A stretch of DNA of 60,007 bases from Octopus bimaculoides. Lineage: Eukaryota. The stretch is taken from assembly GCF_001194135.2 (NCBI RefSeq), contig NC_068999.1, forward strand, positions 6,939,260 to 6,999,266, written 5' to 3'. Positions 48,549-59,948 of the stretch are shown here, one piece after another (positions within the stretch are counted from its first letter, which is position 1; each line of letters starts with the position of its first letter). Both the position numbers and the translations under genes were made by a program. Below the pieces are notes generated by a model. It was not told where the DNA came from. It saw nothing but the letters and a program-made list of their open reading frames with translations, and did not search any database.

Positions 48549-49636
48549 CTTTCCCCCTTTGATTTTCCAAGACTTGTAAAAGAATTGCCAGAAAAAATAT
48601 CCGAAATCAACAACGATATCACTTTCTGAACTTTATTAATACAGATAAATTATTTACTGTCGGTGATTGGATGAAATTAAAATTGAACTGTTTCAACAAA
48701 AGAAAACGAATTTCGATATTAAGTGAGTTAATTTTTTTTATTTAGATTTTTTAATATGCAACTTACATAATATATCAAGTTATTAAGAAATATTTGTATA
48801 GCATTTTTATTGCATTTGCTGCCAAACACAATTGCATCAAACCGGTGTACTTGGAAATAAGTAATGTCTGTTTAAAATACCGCAGTACGAATTGAGTTTT
48901 ATTTTTTCAATTATAAAATTTGAGTCGCGTGTTTATTTTTTCATATAGCATGTAGCATACAAAAAGATGTGGTTTATAATCTAAGTAGTTTAACGTAACA
49001 TTATTAAATTGGTTCGATTCTAATACAGAGTTCAAAGCGCTGAGTTTTGTGGATATGGGACTGTTCATTAAATCGACTCTCACATTACATCACTGTTGTT
49101 TATTTTATTGGCATTCGAAGGATAATAGGCTAAACTGATTTAAGCAGGATTCGAACTAAGAATGTACAGGAACACAGCTAAAAACCTTGAAGTATTCTGC
49201 TAAGACCAGTTTCACTAGTCCCGGGGGGCATGCGAGGTTCTTAGCCTCTACACCATGAGACTCAGCAAGTAAAGATACATTTACACACACAAAACAACAG
49301 AAGACTAAGTGACAGGGTTGGGATTCGAACCCAAACGGTTCTTTCTACCAAATTGTTATTGGTCAACCTAGAGGATAAGCTGTCCTGCAGTGGGACTGGA
49401 CTCAAAACCGCGTAGTTACGAAGTCAGCTTTTTAACCACACAACTAGACTTATTACTACATGATTTAACGGATCTTTACGAATAATTATCACTAACTCAT
49501 GGGAAAGGGTTTTGGCAAGGAATTAAATACTTTGCCCCTAAACATATTTAATCCCATTCATAGAATCTGAGGTTTGCCATTTTGCTAACTCTTTAACGTT
49601 GAAGATAGGTTTCGTGTACAACGTTTTAATTTCAAA

Positions 49637-49747
49637 ATGTCCCGCAATATAAGTTCTCATCGATCTGGGACTTGTACAGCTGCGAAAAACGTCGTTAAGA
49701 AATATAAGAGAAAATATAGGATTGCTGGCGATAATTCGATAGATATG
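49637..49747 (+). CDS. CENPW: CENP-W-like histone-fold protein exon 1: MSRNISSHRSGTCTAAKNVVKKYKRKYRIAGDNSIDM
   Basis: AAAATG start, 37 codons, donor GTAAGC at 49748. Confidence 0.62.
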
Positions 49748-49979
49748 GTAAGCCAATGAGATTAATAAATCCTTTTGTTTTTAAATCTAAATGGCGATTT
49801 GACAGGAGATTTCCATCTCTATACCAGACACTGTTTTTATTAATATTGGTGTTTATTGGCGGTTTGCAACCGTTTGTCCTGTTTACTCGCTGCCAATTTT
49901 GAAAAGTAAATTTATATAGCCTTCCTCCTGTTCTGTTTTGTTTAGTAATTTGACTTGCACTTCGGCGGAGGTAAAGAAT

Positions 49980-50077
49980 ACGCACACCACCCGTTTTCCG
50001 CGTAACCCTAACCCTAAAAGTTACTCTAACCGTAACCCTACATCTAACCCTAAACGCCGAAAACGGGTGGTGTGCGT
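49980..50077. mobile_element. 98-bp MITE-like element with 18-bp TIRs and internal CCCTAA repeats
   Basis: acgcacaccacccgtttt / aaaacgggtggtgtgcgt; no TSD recognised. Confidence 0.75.
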
Positions 50078-50151
50078 CGTCTACTTTTATAAAACAACTG
50101 ATAAGGAAGAAACTTGAAACACTATTTATAAAGTTTATTATTTGGCATAAC

Positions 50152-50537
50152 GGTAGAGATGGACTATATGTAATCTGAACCTTTCCCCCCTTATTTATTA
50201 ATTTTTTTTACGGAATCCCACGTTTTAGGCTATGGAGATTCCGATTCTGAAAAAAAAATTTTTGAAAAATTTCAATCCCCCCCCCCACCAAGCAAGCTAT
50301 TTACATGCTAGAAATAACAGCTAAATCTCACAAAACTAGTGTTAGGGTTAGGGNNNNNNNNNNNNNNNNNNNNNNNNNNNNNNNNNNNGGGGGGGGGGGT
50401 CGAAATTTTGAAATTGAGATTTTTGAAAAAAGTTTTTCAGAATCAGAATCTCCATAGCCTAAAACGTGGGATTCCGTAAAAAAAAACAAAATTTAAAAGC
50501 GGGGGTATACCCAGATTACATATACTCCATCTCCACC
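50152..50537. mobile_element. Two oppositely oriented relatives of the 13248 MITE joined across a 35-N gap
   Basis: 50152-50353 is the reverse complement of the 13248 element up to its TTAGGG tract; 50389-50537 is a diverged forward copy. Confidence 0.75.
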
Positions 50538-51124
50538 CTTCGGATAGGTACACTCCCGACTGTTCCTTTATAACTTTCGTTGGTGGGGTGGGGGAAGTTT
50601 ATTTTAATAAGATTTTCCAGATATGGTATAGTTTAGGATTATGTCGGAATATTTTTTCAGAAGGATCTCGGATAATTCACATATCACAATTTATTTTCTC
50701 TTAACTTTCTGAATTCCGCTTTAGAGCACGCAATATGATTCCCTCTTTATTTTACGGAATTTTCAGAAATGTTTTATGAATCTGTTCAGCGATCTTACGA
50801 TACCAGTTCTGAAGCTAAGTGACAGCTTCAGAACTGGTATCGCCAGATCGCCATCTGTTCTACACAGGGGAATTCATATGATTATGAAAACAAAAAACAA
50901 AACAAAAAGGAACGAGAGATTTAAGGAGTATTTAGCTGTTATTTTTAGCACACCTCACGACCACCTTATAACCTCCTCGTTTGTCAGTCTGACGTATTGT
51001 TTTTCAATATCTTTCTTTCCACAAACACATTGTCAATAATTCGGATTTTCTGTAAATCTGTTATAAAAGGCAAGCATCATTAAAGCATTTAAAATATATC
51101 TATCTTTCTTTTCCATTGTTTTAG

Positions 51125-51238
51125 GTATGGTTATCATATTTGAAGTTCCTTGAAATGTTTAGTAAAGATCTACGTGAATATGCTGTACAGAATCAAATTA
51201 AGAAATATACTCCTCTTCAAATAAATAAACTATATATT
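51125..51238 (+). CDS. CENPW: CENP-W-like exon 2: VWLSYLKFLEMFSKDLREYAVQNQIKKYTPLQINKLYI
   Basis: Polypyrimidine/AG acceptor, GTAAGT donor, 114 nt; aligns to recalled human VHLNCLLFVHRLAEESRTNACASKCRVINKEHVLAAAK. Confidence 0.65.
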
Positions 51239-51482
51239 GTAAGTTTGAGATATTTTGTCATTTATTTTTCTTTTGCCTTAGTTGTATTTTCTAACATTTC
51301 CCTGTTTTTTTTAACAATGGAGTTCATTTTCTTTCATTCTTCAGTCTTTAGATTGCAACCATGGTGTGCTGTTGTTCGGTATGGGATCTTTTAGCTCAGC
51401 TGTTTTGGCATCACTGATTCGATGCTGACTTATTTGACATCAGGCATTTTAATGTTTCTCTCGTTCTCTCTCTCTTTATGTG

Positions 51483-51843
51483 TGTTGTTAGCACTCCGTC
51501 GCTTACGACGTCGAGGGTTCCAGTCGATCCGATCAACGGAACAGCCAGCTCGTGAAATTAACGTGCAAGTGGCTGAGCACTCTACAGACACGTGTACCCT
51601 TAACGTAACTCTCGGGGATATTTAGTGTGACAAGGCTGGCCCTTTGAATTACAGGCACAACAGAAACAGGAAGTAAGAGTGAGAGAAAGTTGTGGTGAAA
51701 GAGTACAGCAGGGTTCGCCACCATCCCCTGCCGGAGCCTCGTGGAGCTTTAGGTGTTTTTGCTCAATAAACACTCACAACGCCCAGTCTGGGAATCGAAA
51801 CCGCGAGTCCGCTGCCCTAACCACTGGGCCATTGCGCCTCCAC
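51483..51843 (-). mobile_element. tRNA-derived SINE (second family; related copy about 47950-48145)
   Basis: Minus-strand head gtggaggcgcaatggcccagtggttagggcagcggactc...ggtttcgattccc with A/B-box-like motifs. Confidence 0.7.
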
Positions 51844-51978
51844 CGTTTATGTGTGTAAGCATCTAGTTACGTCTGTGTATATTTCTGCATCTATGTGAAT
51901 GTACATATCTATTTATCTTTTGTTTTACAATAGTAATTTTTTTCTTTATATAAATATGGTTTTTAATTCCTTTTCCAG

Positions 51979-52005
51979 GATAAAATGGAGAAATACAAGA
52001 AATGA
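51979..52005 (+). CDS. CENPW: CENP-W-like exon 3: DKMEKYKK*
   Basis: Strong ttccttttccag acceptor, 8 codons plus TGA; compare human VILKKSRG*. Confidence 0.58.
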   Translation, partial: DKMEKYKK

Positions 52006-54177
52006 CTTGGACATGAAATACATGGCAAAAAATTTTTTAAATTACCCCTTTTTTTTTTTTAATATACTTGGACATTCCCATTGCTCAATGGATGTTTCTG
52101 GACACTTTTTGATTACATTTTTCCCTTTGCTGGGTTCATTCTTTGAAGAGGTCCCTTCATTGGTCTTTGCCATGCTGCCTTGACACTTTGAGAACATCCT
52201 TTTTGCTATGGTAACTTCATTCTTTGAAGATGTCTCCCCCCCCCATTTTTTTTTGTTCATGACATATTTTTATTAGGGTTGTCTTAATATGCATCATACT
52301 TTTGAAGTGATGTGTCTTTTAAAAGCTGAAGCAAGATGGGAAATCAATGATGGGTTAATTGTTTTTTTTTTTAACCCCTATTTTCTTTTTATTTCATATA
52401 ATTCAGTTTTACACACAATAATGTGCTTTTACACTTTTGTCTGTTTTCGATTTTCTTTTTTCCTTTTAATATAAAAAAAATTTTCACCTTAATGTACTCT
52501 TGTCTAACCCATGAAATCATATTAATACAGACAGAGCTGTGTGGTTAAGGAAGCTCACTTTGCAACCACCTGGTTTCAGGTTAAATCTCACTCAGCAGCT
52601 CCTTAACCCTGTAGCATTCAGATTACTCTATGAAGTATGTTTATTTATTCAAATTGGCTTGAATTGCTCATGCATTATCTCATTTCTAGATTTCAATTAT
52701 GCGATTTCATATTTTTACAACGAAATTGTAGGGTATGAATGAGAGACCAAATCCAGTTGGTTTGAACATAACACAAATAGAGTATTTAACCCTGGATTGA
52801 CCAATGCCTTGTGAGTGAATTTGGTAGACAGAAACTGTGTAGAAGCCCATCATGTATAAATATATGTGTGTGTGTTTTGTTTTTCTCCCCATCATTTAAC
52901 AGCCAGTGTTGGTTTATTTATATCCTTGTAACTTAGCAATTTGGCAGAAGCTGATAGAATAAGTACCAAACTTAAAAATAACAAAAATTGTTGAATGGTT
53001 GATTCGTTTGATTACACTCTTCAGGGCAGTGCCCCAGTATGGCCACAATCCAATGAATGAAATAAGTACAAGAAAGAAAAGATGTTTCTTCTTCACATTT
53101 TTTTTGTATAATTGTTTTCCTTGTAAAAATGTAAAATAAAACTTTATTAGCATTTATATTCTGTACAGCTGATCTTTTATTGTCTGAATATTGGTTAAAA
53201 TAGCTCCACTCCTGGTTGAGTTATTAGATGTGGTGTAAGACATGATTGTAAAATAAAAAAAATAAAAAGTGTATTCCCCAATGATATTATATGCAGTTTT
53301 TATATTTTGTATTATAAAAAACAAAAAATGAAAAACACAACCTCATCCATGTCCTGGTGGCATGATAGAAACAGAAAAATAAAATAATGTAAACCAATAA
53401 ATTGTTTTGGTATTTACTCATTCCTTTTAAAATTTCTTCCTTGCATCATGTTTGCAGTTCCACTCCCTCTCCTAGCTGAGAGGTCTACGTCTCACAAGTT
53501 ACTTAGTGATCCTGATGTTGTCAGTGTCGTGTAAAAAGCACCCAGTACACTCTGTAAAGTGGTTGATGTTAGGAGGGGTATCCAGCTGTAGAAATCATGC
53601 CAAAGCAGAGAAATGGAGCCTGGTGTAATTCTCTGGCTTGCCAGTTCCTCTCAAATCATCCAACCCATGCCAGCATGGGACACAGATGTTAAATGATTAT
53701 AAGCATCAACCTCTGTTACTCTGTGGTTAGCTTTTGCAGAAGTTGTCCTCCTTGGAACAGTTTGAGGTATTTTGGCTGCTTATTCAGTGTTGCTGATTTA
53801 TTTGGCATCAGACATTTTAATGTGCCTCTTGTTCTCTCTCTCTCTCTTTGTGAGCATATTCCTCTTTATGTGTTTGAGGAGAAGTGTTTATGTCAACTAT
53901 GTTCAGCTAACCTTTAACACTGTAAGTGCATCATGTCCATATGAGTTTTCTCCCTTGTAGTAATAGGGCAGGGGGAAAAGTTCTAGAGAAAATGCAACGT
54001 GCTAAAGGTGAAAAATTCTAATGCCTCTCTCTCTTTCATATATATATATATATATATATAAGAGAAAGAGGCATTAGAATTACATATATATATGTATTTA
54101 TTTTCTCTTAGTTAATAATTAACTCCGACAAAATAAATTGGTTAATAGATACCAGGGTAGCAAAGATNNNNNNNNNN

Positions 54178-54253
<76 letters not shown>

Positions 54254-54547
54254 CACACGTGTGTGTCTTTGTGTTAGTCCCCATGATTGGTTGATAACTG
54301 CTGTTGGTTTGTTTACGTCCCCACAGCTTAAAAGCTTGGCATAAGTACCAGACTTTAAAAATAAGTCCTGGGGGGTCGATTTGTTTGACTAAAACCCTTC
54401 AAGGCGGTGCCCCAGTATGGCCACAGTTCAATACACTGAAGCAAGTAAATGACAAAAGATATGTATTTAAATTTTTTATTTCTCTCTAAGAATACAAAGG
54501 CTTGCTGAAAGTTTCTGTTTTTACATAACTTCATATTCTCTTGTTTA

Positions 54548-54721
54548 TTATTTAAGCATGGAAGGTGATGTTAGACAATTTCCATAGCTCGGTACTCTAC
54601 CGAATTGGCGATGAGGAAAAAGAAATTGCCGACCAAGGTGAAAAATCCCATCAACATTATATGGCTTAACATCAATACTATCCTCTGAAAGACGCTTTGT
54701 TTCCAAAAGTCTATGAACTGC
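54548..54721 (-). CDS. LRRC34: LRRC34 last exon: AVHRLLETKRLSEDSIDVKPYNVDGIFHLG...SPSMLK*
   Basis: Acceptor at 54722-23, 57 codons plus stop; DV.PY.VDG..HL matches the recalled LRRC34 C-terminus (DVEPFVVDGRVYLA). Confidence 0.82.
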   Translation of the reverse strand, partial: AVHRLLETKRLSEDSIDVKPYNVDGIFHLGRQFLFPHRQFGRVPSYGNCLTSPSMLK

Positions 54722-55289
54722 CTTAAAGAAAGACGAAAAAAAATAAGATATCAGGTGCCGGCATGGCTGTGTGGTAAGAAGGGGTTATCGGTCGGTGGGC
54801 GCCGGTGCCCCTCTCATTTTTACTCAAGTCTAAAGAAGGAAAAGAAATCGCCAGCAGCACACATGTGGTTACATGTGTCTGTGATTCTCCTTTCCCCCCA
54901 CCACTTGACAATCAGTGCTGCCCTATAACTTGGCAGACTTGGGTCGATACTATTGTTTATGTATGTAAAACTTTATATATGAATATGTGTATACATTTAT
55001 GTATGCACTTATGTATTTCAGACTTTATGTATGAATACGTGTACGCGTTTATATATGGATACATGTGTGTAAGGCTTAATATACGAATGTGTGCATGTAT
55101 GTATGTATTTATGTGTGTAAGGATGTGTTTTAAGGATCAGGGGCGAACTGAGCTGTCGGTCAATTGGGCACTGCCCAAGGACCCAGAGCTCTGTGGGGTC
55201 CGCACTTTACAGTTATGCCCGAAGGTCCTTCATACTCTCAGTTCACCCCTGGTATCGATGTATGTATGTATGCTTGTATGCATTCATCA

Positions 55290-55346
<57 letters not shown>

Positions 55347-56305
55347 NNNNNNNNNNNNNNNNNNNNNNNNNNNNNNNNNNNNNNNNNNNNNNNNNNNNNN
55401 NNNNNNNNNNNNNNNNNNNNNNNNNNNNNNNNNNNNNNNNNNNNNNNNNNNNNNNNNNNNNNNNNNNNNNNNNNNNNNNNNNNNNNNNNNNNNNNNNNNN
55501 NNNNNNNNNNNNNNNNNNNNNNNNNNNNNNNNNNNNNNNNNNNNNNNNNNNNNNNNNNNNNNNNNNNNNNNNNNNNNNNNNNNNNNNNNNNNNNNNNNNN
55601 NNNNNNNNNNNNNNNNNNNNNNNNNNNNNNNNNNNNNNNNNNNNNNNNNNNNNNNNNNNNNNNNNNNNNNNNNNNNNNNNNNNNNNNNNNNNNNNNNNNN
55701 NNNNNNNNNNNNNNNNNNNNNNNNNNNNNNNNNNNNNNNNNNNNNNNNNNNNNNNNNNNNNNNNNNNNNNNNNNNNNNNNNNNNNNNNNNNNNNNNNNNN
55801 NNNNNNNNNNNNNNNNNNNNNNNNNNNNNNNNNNNNNNNNNNNNNNNNNNNNNNNNNNNNNNNNNNNNNNNNNNNNNNNNNNNNNNNNNNNNNNNNNNNN
55901 NNNNNNNNNNNNNNNNNNNNNNNNNNNNNNNNNNNNNNNNNNNNNNNNNNNNNNNNNNNNNNNNNNNNNNNNNNNNNNNNNNNNNNNNNNNNNNNNNNNN
56001 NNNNNNNNNNNNNNNNNNNNNNNNNNNNNNNNNNNNNNNNNNNNNNNNNNNNNNNNNNNNNNNNNNNNNNNNNNNNNNNNNNNNNNNNNNNNNNNNNNNN
56101 NNNNNNNNNNNNNNNNNNNNNNNNNNNNNNNNNNNNNNNNNNNNNNNNNNNNNNNNNNNNNNNNNNNNNNNNNNNNNNNNNNNNNNNNNNNNNNNNNNNN
56201 NNNNNNNNNNNNNNNNNNNNNNNNNNNNNNNNNNNNNNNNNNNNNNNNNNNNNNNNNNNNNNNNNNNNNNNNNNNNNNNNNNNNNNNNNNNNNNNNNNNN
56301 NNNNN
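55347..56305. other. Assembly gap (others at 25216-25411, 26730-27023, 33874-33883, 42655-42986, 50354-50388, 54168-54177)
   Basis: Runs of N. Confidence 1.
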
Positions 56306-57029
56306 TTTTAAATGAGAATATCTGAAATAAAATCGACTGCTCTCACAAGTGAAAATATTAAAAATGAACCAAACTGCTCTCAAAAACTAAGTAAAAAAAA
56401 ACGGGAAAAATAATCCAGAATCCTTGTCCGGTACTAGATCGATCCCCAAATCTAATCAGTTTATGCTAGTCACGAGGCCAAACATCCCTGAAATTTTCAT
56501 CCGAATCCAGCTAGCAGTTCTTGAGATATCTTGTCCATAGACAAACAAACAAACACGACTGAAAAACGATACCTCCACCTTCGCTAAAGTGGAGGTAACA
56601 ATGAAGGTGGGTTGGCGATGGTGCTGGTGGTGGTGGGGAATAATGCAGAGTACGGGGAGAGAGCAGTGTTCTCAGCATGGTGGAAACAAATACAATGTTC
56701 TGTTTGAATGCACCCATTTACCGATTTTCTTACTGATGATGTCTGTTGATGAAAGGCGGTGAGCTGGCAGAAACGTTAGCATGCTGGGCGAACTGCTTAG
56801 CGGTATTTCGCCTGACTTTACGTTCTGGGTTCAAATTCAGCTGAGGTCGACTTTGACTTTCATCCTGTTGGGGGTCGATAGATTAAGTACCAGTTGTGTA
56901 CTGGGGTCGATCTAATCAACTGGCCCCTTCCCCAAAAACATTTCGGGCTTTGTGCCCTGAGTAGAAAAGGATATATGTTGATGAAAAAGGTCCACCTGTT
57001 TTTCTGCAAGCCCGTTTTTACCAGTCCTT

Positions 57030-57560
57030 CTTTACAGCAGTGAGACCTGGACCATCCTCAAACAGGACCTCAACAAGCTTGAGGTGTTCCAAATGTGGTC
57101 CCTTTGTCAGATACTTGGTGTCTCTGTATGTGACCGAATTTCAGACGACAGCATCTGAGAACAATGCCAGCACCAGAAGACCACTGAAGACCAAATCTGC
57201 CAATGCAGGCTACAATAGTTTGGCCACAACTGCAGGATGAGCACCAAAGGACTACCACACCAAATATGGTGGTGGCAGTGACTTGTACATTGGACAGTCC
57301 AGTGCAGTGCACCAAAGAAGACATGCTTCTGGTATGGCTTTATGGTCTTTCTTGATGGAGCTGGGGCCATTCCAGGTCAGTGGTCCCAGAAGCTTCATCA
57401 TGCATAGAGCCGACCAGGTCTACCAGTGCTCTCCATCATTGGTGTTCCTGCAACAGTAGAAGAAGAAGAAGAAGAAGAAGGAGGAGGAGAAGAAGAAGGG
57501 AAAAAGACATGGTCAAAACAAACTGAGGAAGACCTGAAGTCGCTGCACCTCAACCTCCAG
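57030..57560 (+). mobile_element. Degenerate RTE-type LINE 3' fragment
   Basis: YSSETWTILKQDLNKLEVFQMWSLCQILG...RLQ*FGH..RM...KKTW, with stops. Confidence 0.7.
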
Positions 57561-57589
57561 TATGCTACGGCCAGCATATTAAAATGCCG

Positions 57590-57644
57590 ATGATGTTGGT
57601 GATGATGACAATGATGATGATGATGATGATGATGATGGTGATAG

Positions 57645-57682
<38 letters not shown>

Positions 57683-57715
57683 GTGACAGTGATGATGATG
57701 ACAATGACAAGGATG
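57590..57715. repeat. (GAT)n microsatellite
   Basis: Directly visible. Other simple repeats include poly-T 2597-2650 and (TA)n at about 4503-4558, 33884-33928, 54178-54245, 55303-55346 and 59965-60007. Confidence 0.95.
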
Positions 57716-57731
57716 ATTTAAAACAGATTAC

Positions 57732-57850
57732 CAACTTAGATCCAAATGTGTAAGAATGGTATTATTTCTTAGACTTTCAGAAATTATTGTTGCACCATAA
57801 TCCTCCATGCCGAGTTGTTGCAGGTGTAATTCAACGAGAACTGGATTCAT
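57732..57850 (-). CDS. LRRC34: LRRC34 exon: MNPVLVELHLQQLGMEDYGATIISESLRNNTILTHLDLS(C)
   Basis: RI-like LRR; AG/GT bounded, ends in phase 2. Confidence 0.85.
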
Positions 57851-57944
57851 CTGGTTTGAGTAAAAAAGTAGAAAGATTTATTTACTTTTTTTTTTTATAT
57901 CACTAACACCTTTCTAGCTAATAATCCTAAATCTATAGACATGC

Positions 57945-57989
<45 letters not shown>

Positions 57990-58021
57990 CGTGTATACTG
58001 ATAGAGAGTATATTAACCTAC

Positions 58022-58159
58022 CTTTAGGAGATGGCTTATATGCCCAGAAATGATTTCTTCTTCCATATTTTTCAACAAAGGTCTGTTCAGATTAATCCGA
58101 AGTAATGTACAGTTTGAGAAACAAAGCACTGTAGCCATTGCTATCATACTGTCAATATT
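58022..58159 (-). CDS. LRRC34: LRRC34 exon: NIDSMIAMATVLCFSNCTLLRINLNRPLLKNMEEEIISGHISHLLK
   Basis: 46 open codons; IA.ATVL...INLNRP.L...EE signature. Confidence 0.87.
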
Positions 58160-59268
58160 CTGTACAAGACAAAGACAAATTAATGAGAAGAAATTATAAG
58201 AAATTTATAATTCATAAGAATATGTTATTTATAATTTATGAATAATCTTTTCTACTCTAGGGACAAGGCCTGAAATTTTGGGGGAGGGGGGAAGGAATAG
58301 ATTAGATCGACCGCAGCACACAACTGGTACTTAATTTATCAACTCTGAAAAGACGAAAGGCAAAGTCGACCTCAGCGGAATTTGAACTCAGAACGTAAAG
58401 ATAGATGAAATACCGCCAAGCATTTTGCCCGGCGTGCTAACGTTTCTGGCAGCTTGCAGCCTTATAATTTATGAAAAATGTCTAATGTATAAAAAAAAAC
58501 TTGGGGTACAATAAATATATATATATATATATATATATACATACATATATATTCATATATACACAAATATATGAGGTGGTGCTGGCTTTGGGTAAAAGAA
58601 AATACAGGCAGATCAGCTATTAATTTGATAAAAAAAAAAACCTGTCCATGTGTCTACACCTGCTAAAAATTTCAGATCTCGAATTAAGTAGTGTATTGGA
58701 ATTGCTGGATCTAAGCCATATGTTAATGGATCTAAGAAATGCAACTTAAGCACAGCAGAAAAATCTCATATTCTTCTTAGATCCTGTAATTCCAACAGAC
58801 TGCTTAATTCGGGATCTGAAATTTGCTTTCATCCTTTTAGGATCAATGAGATAAGTACCAGTTGAGCACTGGCATTGATGTAATTGGCTTATCCCCTCTC
58901 TCACTAAAATTATTGGTTTTGTGCCGAAATTTGAAAATGTTAAAGAAGGTAAACTTGGCAGAATTGTTAGCAGATTGGACAAAATACTCAGAGGCATTTC
59001 TTCTGGCTCTTTACATTCTAAGTTCAAATGCCACCAAAGTCACCTTTGTCTTTCATCCTTTCAGGGTTGACAAAATAATGTAATTGACTATCCCTCTCCC
59101 ATCAAAATTGCTAATGAGTTCAAATGCTGCTGCAGTTGACTTTGCCCTTCATCCTTTCAGGCTTGATAAAATAAATATCAGTTATGCACTGGGGTCAATC
59201 TAATTGACTATCCTCACCTCCCATCAAAATTGCTGGCTTTGTGCCAAAAATTAGAAAGAATTATTTAC

Positions 59269-59397
59269 CATATCTGTATGGCCAACATTTAAATCCTTTA
59301 AGCCAATATTGAACTGAAGAGCCCGAGCAAACATTAACACGCCGTTTCTTCCAATCTTGTTGCCATTCATGTTTAGTGATTCTAAAGTATTATTTGT
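59269..59397 (-). CDS. LRRC34: LRRC34 exon: TNNTLESLNMNGNKIGRNGVLMFARALQFNIGLKDLNVGHTDM
   Basis: 43 codons, RI-like LRR (GNKIG..G.M.FA..LQ.N). Further 5' exons lie beyond the window. Confidence 0.87.
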
Positions 59398-59449
59398 CTG
59401 AAAGCAAATAGAAAATAATATGTAAATAATTCTATTTTGGAGTAAAGAT

Positions 59450-59940
59450 TGTTTGCCAACATAACATGGCAGTCCTGGTTTAGGACGAATGTTGCTGTAA
59501 TTTATCCCCAGGAGACATCGTCTCCAGCTGGCTATATGACACGATCTGTGTCCTTATATTTTCGAACAAGGGAATCTAGTACTCAGTCTTTCAGGATGAT
59601 AATGCACCAATTCACACAGTTAAATTTGTTACTGAATGGCACGAGGAAAATTCTTATCTGGCCACCACAGTCCCCAGATCTCAATATTATTGAACATTTA
59701 TGGTGCATTTTAGAAAAAACATGTAAGGAATTGATATCCTCCACCATTATCACTACAAGAACTGGAGTCTGTTTTAGCTGAAGAATGGACAAAAATTCCT
59801 TTGGAAACAATTCAAACTTTGTATAAGTCTATACCTCATAAAATTCAAGCCATAATTATTGTCAAATGCAACCCTACCCCCATATTAAAATAAGTTTGCT
59901 TGAAATTTTAAGGTGTTCCTATTATTTTGTCCAACCCCTG
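59450..59940 (+). mobile_element. Tc1 transposon 3' remnant
   Basis: FQDDNAPIH and (W)PPQSPDLNIIEHLW motifs in shifted frames; terminal ...ttttgtccaacccctg followed by TA. Confidence 0.85.
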
Positions 59941-59948
59941 TATATATA

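Noticed and set aside
49210-49345. tRNA-like A/B box sequences
   Set aside because: Truncated with no cloverleaf; SINE-head remnants. No genuine tRNA gene was recognised in the window.
54805-56383. 370-500 aa ORFs, and similar X-filled ORFs at 25.2, 26.7 and 42.6 kb
   Set aside because: Artefacts of translating N gaps and (TA)n tracts.
58746-59083. Short ORFs in an LRRC34 intron, including GSKKNMRFFCCA
   Set aside because: They derive from Nin-type SINE remnants, and the flanking LRRC34 exons join in phase without them.
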